DNA of 62,169 bases. It comes from Lama guanicoe. Lineage: Eukaryota. Position numbers and translations under genes: made by a program. The stretch covers positions 19,749,929 to 19,812,097 of the forward strand of contig MU054187.1 of assembly GCA_013239625.1 (NCBI GenBank). The letters run 5' to 3'. Under the pieces are notes generated by a model. The model was not told the origin of the DNA, searched no databases, and saw nothing but the letters and a program-made list of their open reading frames with translations. This document shows positions 51,864-62,169 of the stretch, piece after piece. The stretch's first letter is position 1. The number at the start of each line of letters is the position of its first letter.

Positions 51864-52614
51864 CTATGTAGAAAGAGACAATGAGAGAGAATAAAAACAT
51901 ATATATGTAAAAATAATTAAAAATTCAAACCAAATAATTTAAAAACTTTTACTTGACAACTCAGATCATAAGCAATTATGTAAAAAATACCAAAAATTAT
52001 TTAAACCATCAAATGTACAAACAATTGATGTAGGCACCAAAAGCAAGTTTTTTTCTTAAGAAACATGACTGACAAATTTGAGACAAAAATGCTTTTTTAG
52101 TGCACACTAATAAGAAATGAACTCATCGGCCTCAAAATATTTTATGCTAGTATATTCTAAAATTAATAAAAGAATCAATCATGTTTGAAAAAGCTATAAA
52201 AATAGCCACTCTTGTCTTATATAATCAGTTTAATTTTTAAACTCAGTAACTGCGAAGGAAAGTTTTCAAATAAATTAGATGTTGTTTGAATCTTCAAGGC
52301 TGAAATATAAGGTAAAAAATACCCATATTAGATAAAAGTTTACATTTCTATTATCTAGCCTATTAAATAGAAAATTTTGGTTGAGGCAAGTCAGTATTTT
52401 ATAAAAAGCATATAGAAAAAACCTACATTCCATTTTTCATAATTTTAGAATTTATTGAGAAAGTGCTATTTGTAACAGAACCTCAGAGAAACATATCCTG
52501 GTAGTTTCTGGTACAGTATTTTGGGCCAAGCTAAATAGGAGACACATAAGTACTCAAAATCTATCTATCGAATGAGTGAAACTCTCTTAGAAAGAATAAC
52601 TTTTTTCCTTAAAG

Positions 52615-52960
52615 TCTACAATCCAATAACTTTCAATTGTAGCTTGTAGCTTCAAAGCTGCACTCCAGCCACAAGTGGCTAACTGAACACTCCAAAAGTG
52701 ACTAGTCCAAACCGCCGTGTGCTGTGAGTGTAAAATACACAGCAGATTTCTAAAACTTAGCATGAAAAAAGATGTAAAAATACTTCATTAAAATGATTTT
52801 ATACTGGTTACATGTTGAAATGATCATATCTTAAACATATTATGTTATATAAAATATATTATTAAATATAATTTCATCAGTTCCTTTTTATTTTGTTTTA
52901 AACATGGCTATTAGAAAAATTTAAATTACAAATATGACTCATATTATAATCGTACTGGAT
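52615..52960. mobile_element. MER33/MER3-like hAT-Charlie element
   Basis: agccacaagtggcta...gtgtaaaatacac...acatgttgaaatgat motifs shared with the 8690-9550 element. Confidence 0.65.
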
Positions 52961-53959
52961 GATCTAGAAACAGTTCACTATTTAGGGACTGTAGATTGTC
53001 CTTACCATTTGATTTTTCTCCCTTACAGACTTCTCTTTCAGCTTTTAAGGGAGAGAATCAGCAAGGGTTAAGGATGAATCCTTAAGTTGTGAAGTAAAAT
53101 AAGTGATTTATCTTGAAACATAGAAAGGTGAGGAAGATTGTCTAGATATCCTTTAAAGTCTCCAAAAAGTCCTGATATAAGACAGTCACAAAGGGGATAC
53201 AAAGGGAACATTCTTCTTACTATTCAGACAAAAGGGATAAACTGACTTCAAAACTTTTGACTATGAACCACTGATGCATGATAAAAATCAATCTCATAAT
53301 GATTATTTGGTTGATCTACATATAATACATATTAACTTTATTTTGCTGTTTTAAAAAAAGAACCCTCTAGTAACTAACTTCTCTTCACAGGGGTCTCTGA
53401 ACACTCCTGTTTCTTGAGGAAAGACAACAGATTTCTGTATTTTATGTTTTTGAGAAAGCTCTCCTGTCTTTCTACCAGTTTAAGGAGTGCTTCAATGAAA
53501 ACTTTATGGACAGTAGATGGCTGCCTCCTCTATGTTCTAACAGCACTGATTGTCTCTACTCTTTATTTGAAACTTAGTATATACTACTTTGTGCTGTCTA
53601 TCTTTTTATGCTGATTTTAAGTAAACAATAACAAATACAGATGCATACACTGAGTCATAACATACATACAGAAAAACACAAAAATCTTAAGTATACTACT
53701 TAATGGATTTCCACAAAATAAACACACTATGTAAATTCTACCAAGAGCAAGAGACGAAATATTACCGAAGAAGCCCCACTTCATAACTCATTCCCAATCC
53801 TACTCACCACCCTTCCTAATCACTTTTGTTTTTAAACACTTTTCAAACACTTGCCACTCTCTGTATAAAATCTTGCCAGTGCATCCTAATACTTTCTTAA
53901 GAGATCGATTCAAAGAAATATACCTAGGAAAAATTGTTTTACAAACCTAAGACTCCCAA

Positions 53960-54920
53960 GCTTGTTAATTCCATCTCAGATCTCTCCCCTAGACTCAACA
54001 CTGAATATATACACATATATTACATAAACACGTGCACACACACTCACACACTCACATGCACAGATGCACACACATACCTGACACCTCCGTTTTGATGTCT
54101 AACAGACATCTCAAACCCAGCACATCAAAAAATAAAGCCTGATCTGCCCCTCAAAATCTGCCATTTAATTAAATGGCAATCCTATTCTTCACACTGTTTA
54201 GGCCCAAAACTTTGGGATCATCTTTGATTTCTCTTTTCCCCACATCTCAAGGTTCTACCTTCAAAATATATCCAGAATCTGGTCACTTCTTAGAACCTCC
54301 TCCACCATCTGGTCCACACCACCATCATGTCTCCCATAGATTACTGCAGGAACCTCTCTTCTGTTTCCATTCTTCCCCCACAAAACCTAGTTTCAACTCA
54401 GCAGAAGAATGAGCCTTTAAAAAAATTAAGTCAGATCATGTGACTTTTCCCTTTAAAGTCTTTTCAAAGATTCCCATCCCATACAGGGTAATATCTAGAA
54501 GCCTTATAGTGGCCTGTGTGTTCTACCTGATCTGGGTGTCACACTCCCTCACCTTCACTTGTTATCCCAGTTCCTACATTTCTGTCCATTGCTTATTCTG
54601 CTGTCAGCCGCGAAGGTCTTGGCAGTGGTGCCATCTGTCTGCAAGCGTTCTCCCCAGACATTCTCATGGCTCATTCTCCCTTAGTGCTGACATCTTTTCT
54701 GTGAGGCCATGACTGACAACACAATATAAATTGCAACACCAGTTTCAAGAAACTCTATTTTCTTCAGTAATACTTATCACAATGTGACATACCAGCATTT
54801 AAAAAAAAAAAACATTACTTATCTATCTTTTATTCATTCAGTCCAGCTGCTGTACCTTACTACCTAGAAACGTGCCTGGCATATGATAGGTACTCTAAAA
54901 ATGTTAAAGTAATAAATGAG
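53960..54920 (+). mobile_element. L2 3' fragment
   Basis: gatgtctaacagacatctcaaac, ttctaccttcaaaatatatccagaatc, gtgcctggcata...taggtactc. Confidence 0.7.
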
Positions 54921-55269
54921 TGACTAGACCTAATTTCATATTTGTCATTTATTTCTTCCTCCATATTGTATTGAAAGACTATCTACCACTGCCTTAAATT
55001 TGCCTATGAACTTTTTACACACATCACCTCAAAGAATGCTCTCTCCTTCACACAGATGGTAGGTCAATGTAAGGAAATGAGCCACCAGCTTATTATAATT
55101 TCCAAAAATCACTCTTAAAAAAATCAGGTCCGTGCAGATTTTCCATCACATCATCAGTCTCACAATATTTTAACTCTACAGATTGCCTCTTCATAAATTA
55201 TTTTAATTTTTTTTCTTGGTGGTCCTTCCATACTGTCATTAATTTACAGCATAAAATGTTGAAGTAAAC

Positions 55270-56885
55270 ATGAAAACGTTACTTTAAGAAAATCCAACAG
55301 AAAGAACAAACGATTTCAACTTCTAAGTTAATTTAGCAAGGTCACTGGATACATAAACATATAATAGCATACAATACTAAAATATATAAACTAGCAACAA
55401 GTAGAAAACATTAGAAGACACTGAGAACATCAAATAACATTCATATCCAGAAACAAACCCAACCAAAAGATGTAAGACCTCTGCCTTGAAAACTACAAAA
55501 TATTATTAAAAGGAGTTAAAGACTTAAATGGATTAGGTTTGTAGATTCAAAGACTCAATACTGTCAAGATGTCAGTTCTCCCTAGGTTAGTCTAGAGATT
55601 TAATACAATCCCAATGCAAAAGGCCAAGACAATCCTGAAGAGGAACAGCAAAGCTAGAGTACTTAACCAGATACCAAGACCTACCACTAAGCTTTGGACA
55701 GTGTGGAATTGGTAAAGGAGGGAAAAATGGAACACAGAAACAGACCCATACATTTATGGTCTCCCGATTTATGCACAGACAACAGTGCAAATGCTAAGGA
55801 GAAAGAGTTGTCTTTTTAATTAAAACTTGATTACTTGATCCCATATAGAGAAAAAAAAAGTCTTGACCCCTACCTCACACCATGGACAAAAGTCACAGAT
55901 TATCTACAGATCTAACTGTGAAAAGTCCACCAATAAAGCTTTTAGAAGAAAATACAGAATAACGTATCTGTAACCTGGGAGTAGGCAGATTTTTAAAGGT
56001 GCTAACCATGAAAGAAAAAAATTAATAAACTGGGCTACATTAAAATGAAGACCCTTTGATTATCAAATCCATCCTTAAGCAAGGGTAAGGCAAACCAGAG
56101 TGACAGGTGATGGTCGCAATACGTGTTCTGAGAAAGGACTTAAAGTCCAACATGTATAGGACACTACAGATCAAAGTGCAAAGGGTTTCCCAAAAGAAAA
56201 ATGAACAAAGGCCTTGAAGAGACACTTAGAAAAGAGAACAGCCAAAAAAGGAAAGTCTTATATGCAAATTAAAAGCACAACGCGATATGGTTCTACCCAC
56301 CAGAAGAGCTAAAATGAAAAGGAGAAATACCATGTTTGGAAGGTGCTGAGTAAGTGGAACTCTCTGACACTACTTAAAAGAGTATAAATTATAACAGCCA
56401 CTCTGGTACATTGTTCATCAGTATCTTCTAAAGCTGGGTGTACGATCCAGCAATTTTACCCCAGGCAGCTTTCCAACCGAAATGAGTACGTGTGTTTACT
56501 GAGTGATAGGTACTAAAAGGTTCATAGCAGCGGTATTTGTAGGATATTATCCAATTTGTAGGAAATTATCCAAATGCTGTTCAACAGTAGAATGGATATA
56601 TAAATTGTAGTATATTCACATAAAGGGATAATATGAGCTACCTGCAATTACGTGCAAGATCAATGATGAATCTTACAAACATCATGATGCTGAAGAAGAC
56701 CATGTCTAAGAGTACTGTAATTCCACTTACATAAAGTACAGAAACGGGCAGAATTAATCTAGGCTACCAGGAGAGCGGATGCTGACTGACAGAGAGCAGG
56801 GGGGAAGGTTTAGGATGCTAGTAACGTTCTGTTCTCGATTTGTGTGCCAGTTTCACAGCTGTGTCTGGTTTGTACGAACTCATTC
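55270..56885 (+). mobile_element. L1 ORF2 3' part and 3' UTR (L1MC/ME-like)
   Basis: gactcaatactgtcaagatgtcagttctccc, tgacccctacctcacaccat motifs. Confidence 0.75.
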
Positions 56886-57055
56886 CAGTGAAGCGAAAGT
56901 TCACTACAGCATGACAGAATTTAAGGGGCATACACCACTTGAATTTTATGTTCAAGAAATTACATGTATGGGCTAACATCATTTAACACGAGTTTAGAAC
57001 ACAGATTAATCAATTTTTCATCTTCTACTGATGTACGGTAGAAGTCAGTACTCAC

Positions 57056-57430
57056 AGTAAATTTAGCTCTTTCTTCCATCACCTCATAACCCAGGATAGT
57101 AGGCGTAGAAGGTCTGTCTTCCCAGTTCACTGTTTCAGGATTTTGTTCGTCACTTTCTCTTGGTCTAGCAGAATATTCAATGGAAGAGTCTGCACCTGTA
57201 AATTTAGTCCTAATGAGGGGACTGCTACAGACAGACGAAGCACTATCCATTTGATCAGGTACACTTGTCTGTTTAAAATTACCCATATTTGCGTCTTCTA
57301 ATTGGCCTTTGGAAGAGTTTGAGCTCGTTGAAATACTCCCAAAAGAAGAACTTCTTTGGTTTCTGCTGGTTGTAAAACTGGATGCAGAGTTCCCTATGGG
57401 CATTGGAACTGGGACATAAGGAGTTGCCAT
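57056..57430 (-). CDS. SNX16: SNX16 first coding exon (ATG 57430-57428)
   Basis: [32 protein letters not shown]...[23 protein letters not shown]; donor ACT|gtgagt; 375 nt. Confidence 0.96.
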
Positions 57431-58619
57431 CTTCTTTTGGCTCTTGAAACAAACCTGCACACGTCCGAGTCCGAAAAATTAGAGAACAAGTAATAAGCAA
57501 TCCATTATTTTCTTCTTAGGAATTCACTACCTAAAAATGAGAAGAACATATTGGAAGATTAGTTTTTAATCTGAAGCATTATCCAAAAGAAAACAAAATA
57601 CTCAAATCCATTTCACTAAATTTTGTGACACTGTTATTTTATCTGGAATGAAACACTCTTTCTTTAATCCTAAAATATCATCTCTAAGAACTCCCATTTG
57701 CAAGGAAGAGAGCAGAACTACTCCACACTTTCTCTTGAGACTCACATTACATGTTATCCTTTTTTCCCACTTTATTTCCTTGTGATAGATTTCTGTAACG
57801 TTCATTGTTACCTGATCTCACTTATATAAAAGAGTTGGAAAGAGAGAAAGTGATAAAGGCCTTCCTGAAGCTTTACTCTCTACTTACGGTCCTGAAACTA
57901 CTACATACAGAACAGGGAGGGAAGGGGAAAAGGAAGGAAAAATTATTTAAATTTCTTTTTGATTTAGTTCGTGAAAATAAAAAAAATTATCCACAGTAAC
58001 CACAGTGAACCAGAAACTTAGATGTCTCAGGATAAATAATAACAGCCATTAAAGCAACAGTTTATTAAACTAGGGATCAAAAAACACCTTGGTCAAATTA
58101 AGTTAATCAAATAAACACCAATGAACGTTAAACTTATATCCAATAAGATTAAACGATTAAAGCTTAAATATTCTTCAGTTTCCAATCGTCACTAATTCTG
58201 CTATGCCATAAATTCTAGGTTTAAATCTCCAAAAACTCATCCTCAGTAAACTCTGTTGTCAAAAGAACGAGATTAGCTTGTCTCAGAATAAGTTCAAAAT
58301 ACAAAGAAAAAAGGTTTGCTACTAAGCTGCTAAATAATAAACGAAGAAAGGGCAATAACTAAAGACCAGGAAAGCGGCACATAACAAGGTGTCTGTCTAT
58401 TCAACTACGTCTATGCAACACCCTGCTGAGAAGGGTAGGAAACAAGCTGCTCAAACTTGGAAAGATGCTGAATTAAGATTTTCAACCCAGCACGTGGCTC
58501 TGGGCAACCTTCTTGATCATCAAAGATTCAAGAAACTTGAGTTGCTGATTCACCGCTCCTCGGTTCCGCCCGACGGCCTTCCCAAAAAGAAGTAAATAAA
58601 AGTCTGGAATCCCAATCTT

Positions 58620-59520
58620 CTGAAGGCCAGTGGGGTGGCCCCGCCCTTCGCCACTCACTACCTGAGGCCACTGGGCTCGCGGGAGGACTCAGACCAACAC
58701 AACTGCTGACCTTGCAAGGAAGTGAGCGCTACCCAAACGTTAAGAAAACGGGCTGGGCTCATTAAGAACGTCTCCACTTTTACCCGGGCATCGACATGCT
58801 CTGAGGACGAACATCGTGGTCCTCTTCTGGAAAACCTCGGGCAGGTGAAGTGGCCCCAGCCTGAGCAACGCCGTGGGCGAGAAGTCGGTGGCGAGAGGAA
58901 AGCGGAGAACCCCGGGCTTAGCTCGAGCCTAGGAGCGTCTGGTTGGTGTCTGAACAGGCCAAGGGGCTTGGGCTCGGAGGATGGCGATACCCACGGCTCC
59001 CGGGGCCCCAAGACGTTCCCACCTCCGCCTCCCGGTGCAGCGCCAGCGCCTCCCGGACGCGCGGCGGAGTCGGCGGTGGCCTGAGGCTGGCCCGGGCACT
59101 CCTGTCTGCCCCTCCACCCTCCCGGGGAGCCGGCCCGCCGCCCTCCAGCCACGGGGGCGCAGGTGTCACCGCACGAGCGCCCAGGACAGCGCCCGCCGCC
59201 GGGTCCCTACCTCAGCCTGCTCCGAGATCCCGTTCGGGCGTGCTTTCCCGGGACGGTGAAATCCGACCCTCCTTAACCGCAGCTTTTCGTCTCCACCCAC
59301 AGCACCCAGAGGCCTCACGTGACCCCCCGCCCCGAAACCAGCTGCTCCCCGCCTCTGCTCGCCTCAGCCCTGGCCGCCGGGCCGCGGATCCCCGCGAGGT
59401 GGAGGGAGGGGCTGCGCCCGGTCGCCTCGCCAGGAAGTGACGTCACGCCGAGGGCGCCCGCCCCTAGAGGCGCGGGCTGCCGCTGTGCGGCCCGGCGGGG
59501 CTCTTGGGCGCCTGAGGTGA
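58620..59520. promoter_or_regulatory. CpG island / SNX16 promoter with GC boxes, E-box TCACGTGAC (59315-59323) and ETS-CRE composite GGAAGTGACGTCA (59433-59445)
   Basis: Very high GC and CpG density against an AT-rich background; motifs read directly. Confidence 0.88.
59211..59310 (-). other. SNX16: SNX16 non-coding exon 1 (5' end approximate)
   Basis: Donor GAG|gtaggg at 59210 inside the CpG island; no ATG in the upstream segment. Confidence 0.6.
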
Positions 59521-59560
59521 ACCTAGGTTTGTGGTAAGAATTCTACCTTTTTCATAGCTT

Positions 59561-59705
59561 AATTAATTTATTTTATTTTATTTTATTTTATTTTATTTTA
59601 TTTTATTCTATTTCATTTCTTTTTTTATTGAGGTACAGTCAGTTTACAATGTTGTGTCCATTTCTGGTGTACGGCACAATTCTTCAGTCATACATGAATA
59701 TGCAG
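59561..59705 (-). mobile_element. Very short young L1 3' end with (TAAAA)n tail, inserted upstream of the SNX16 promoter
   Basis: 9-bp TSD tcatagctt at 59552-59560 and 59706-59714; (TTTTA)n tail; same L1 3' UTR family as 14482-14705. Confidence 0.8.
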
Positions 59706-59783
59706 TCATAGCTTTACTTTTGTTAGTTAACTTTTGAGAAATGGAGGCTACGGGACCTAGTTTGCCCGACAGGTGACGAGAAA

Positions 59784-59854
59784 ACTACAGTTCCCAGGAG
59801 GCACTACGGCCAATGTTGGCCCGGGATCCTGCTTTGCATCTTGGGACTTGTAGT
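59784..59854. promoter_or_regulatory. Inverted pair of ZNF143/THAP11-type ACTACAnnTCCCA motifs
   Basis: + ACTACAGTTCCCAGGAGGCAC starting at 59784; - ACTACAAGTCCCAAGATGCA at 59854-59835. Confidence 0.75.
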
Positions 59855-60604
59855 CATCACCAGCTTGAGCTGGTTCTACAAGGTTATATAGATTGTTTCC
59901 CAGAATTAGCAGCGCTTTAAGGGATGACAATTGATTCTAAGAGTGGGAAGATAGAATACGGCACTACAGTCTATTCGTCCTACATAATTCAGAAGTGCTC
60001 ATTAGCAGAGACCTGAAATTCTTCAGTGTGGCGGTGGTGGTTTTTCTTTTACTATCTCGAGAGCAATTTTATCTCAGTATACAGTATTACGCTTGTTAGA
60101 TGTGCGGGTCTAAAGACCTGTAAGATGATCAGGAAAGTCGTTCTTTGATAGTCAAAGACTAAAATTCAGACCAGTTTACAGGCCTGTTTGTCATTAGAGT
60201 TGTGCAGTTTGATTTGAGGTGGCAGTTATATCCACGAGTTCTGTTAGTGGATAAAGGTATAGAAAGAAAAGAAAAGAAGATTGAGCTTGGAATGTTTCCC
60301 TAACTCTTGCTCAGGGCTGCAGGTAGTAGCGAAATATATGTTTGATGCAGAGAACCTGATAGTGTAATATCAAGGAAGCCAACGAATATTGAACTTTCAA
60401 GAAGTGAAGATGTGTAGATATTCCAGTTAGGACGAGGATAAAGATCTAGAAAAGGTCATTGAGATTGTCTAAGAAGAACTTCCTTCACAGATTACTGAAA
60501 GGAGCATACAGGGTATGCATACTATGTGTATCCTTTATCTTTCAGAATGTCTGATATTGATGAATGTCTAGATTTTACTTTAATAAAATGAACTGAACGT
60601 TTCT

Positions 60605-61572
60605 TAAAAATATTTTTAAAGAGGTATAGTTGACATATAACATTATATTAGTTTCAACTGTGCAGTGTAATGATTCAGTATTTGTGTGCACTGCGATCAC
60701 CGCAATAAGTCTGGCTAACACCTGTTACCATACATAGTTACAATTTTTTTTATGTGGTTAGGACTTTTAAGATTTATCTCTTAGCAACTTTCAAGTATGC
60801 AATATAGTGTTATCAACTATAGTCACCATAGTGTATATTACATCCCCATGACTTACTTATTTTATAACTAGAAGTTTGTACCTTGTGATCCCCTTCATTC
60901 ATTTCACCCACACTTCGCACCTCGGCAACACTAATCTGTTCTCTGTATTGATGAGTTTGGTGTTTTGTTTTGTTTTGAATTCCACATATAAATGAGATCT
61001 TACAGTATTTGTTTTTCCTCTGTCTGACTTATTTCACTATTCAAAGTCTGTTCATATTGTTTCAAACGGGACAATTTCATTTTTATGGCTGCATGGTATT
61101 CCGCTGTATATATATATCACATCTTTATCCATTCATTCCAAAGATGGATACTTACGTTGCTTCCATATCTTGGCTATTGTAAATAATGTTGTAATGAACG
61201 TGGAGCTGCCTATATTTTTCTGAATTAGTGGTTTTGTTTTCTTTGAATAAATACCCAGAAATGGAATTTCTGGATCGTATGATAGTTCTGTTTTCAAGTT
61301 CTTAAGAAACCTTGATGCTGTTTTCCATAGTGGCTGCACTAACTTGCATTCCCACTAATAGTGCACAAGAGTTACATTTTCTCCACATCCTTGCCAACAC
61401 TTGTTATTTCTTATCTTTTTGATAATAACCTTTCTAACAAGTGTGAGATGACATCTCATTGTGATTTTGATTTGCATCTGCCTGATGATTAGTGATATTG
61501 AGCATCTTTTCATGTGCCTGTTGGCCATCTATATGTCTTCTTTGGAAAACTGTCTGTTTAGATCCTCTACCC
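60605..61572 (-). mobile_element. L1 3' end (ORF2 C-terminus and 3' UTR)
   Basis: ORF2 remnant [30 protein letters not shown]. Confidence 0.88.
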
Positions 61573-61905
61573 AGATCTAATGCTTTATCAGTTTACGTAT
61601 ATCATTTGAAAACTGAAGGTTATAACCAAACCAATATCACAACCTGATTAAGATCTATACAAAGTATTAGACAGAACAAAAATAAGATGAAAACCAAAAA
61701 AAGCTGAACTACCAAAATTAAACAGACCAATGAATCAGACATTATTGAGTCTTTGTCTTAATTAAATATGAGATATGCAGCAACTCCTGGTATAAATATG
61801 GAGAAGGAATTCTGTTTTCTGAGGTCCCAGTGCCAGATTTCAACATCCCAATGTGTAAGAGATCCTTACCAAGAAAGAAAAAAAAAGTTTTCAGGGAAAA
61901 AAGTT

Positions 61906-62169
61906 TAGTCTTGGGAAATACAGCAAGTCTTTAGTCCATCAACAGCAGGATTCCTGCTCACCTTTTAGATGAGGTATCAGTCAGCCTCTTCAGGGAGGGC
62001 TTAAATCATCTAGGTTCGCTGTGGTCTTTTTTTTTTTTTAATAGTCTTGGGAAGCAAGTCTTTAGTCCATCAACAGCAGGATTCCTGCTCACCTTTTAGA
62101 TGAGGTATCAGTCAGCCTCTTCAGGGAGGGCTTAAATCATCTAGGTTCGCTGTGGTCTTTTTTTTTTTT
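61906..62169. repeat. ~136-bp tandem duplication running to the window end
   Basis: tagtcttgggaa...gctgtggtc(t)n at 61906-62041 repeated from 62042, with a 5-bp indel. Confidence 0.93.

Noticed and set aside
56960..57460. 166-aa ORF with an N-terminal extension and a different C-terminus
   Set aside because: Read-through of the SNX16 exon into flanking UTR and intron; the splice-supported CDS is 57430-57056.
58658..59537. Several overlapping 60-165 aa ORFs on both strands
   Set aside because: Low-complexity Pro/Gly/Arg/Ala frames expected from the scarcity of stop codons in a CpG island; many start at non-ATG codons and none resembles a known protein.
61133..61339. 68-aa ORF with recognisable protein similarity
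   Set aside because: L1 ORF2 C-terminal remnant inside a truncated element.
1..62169. A novel multi-component system (CRISPR-like array, defence island, new gene cluster)
   Set aside because: Coding signal is fully accounted for by CHMP4C, SNX16 and transposon remnants; I saw no regularly spaced repeat array or unexplained long ORF.

Overview
This is mammalian genomic DNA, most likely camelid, judged from four tRNA-derived Vic-1-type SINE copies. It holds two convergent endosomal-trafficking genes. The last four coding exons and 3' UTR of CHMP4C (ESCRT-III) lie on the + strand (94-~6560). The complete SNX16 gene lies on the - strand: seven coding exons totalling 1035 nt (344 aa), with a CpG-island promoter at ~58.6-59.5 kb. 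The rest is intronic or intergenic DNA rich in L1, L2, MIR, LTR, Tigger1 and MER repeats. I found no novel multi-gene system, CRISPR array or intact RNA gene, and most ORF-track entries are spurious. The most notable observations are: (1) a tailless retrocopy of the 5' half of tRNA-Gly(CCC) with a perfect 16-bp target-site duplication (TSD); (2) a ~140-bp recent templated copy of nearby L1 sequence that replaced part of a Tigger1 fossil; (3) Ala at the CHMP4C position equivalent to the human Aurora-B site S210, next to a 4-aa insertion; (4) a strong-Kozak uORF in SNX16 that alternative splice acceptors could include or skip; (5) a young L1 fragment wedged between the SNX16 core promoter and a pair of ZNF143 motifs; (6) a CTCF motif cluster between the two genes. 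Human and repeat-consensus comparisons are from memory, not computed alignments. Repeat boundaries without a stated TSD are approximate.
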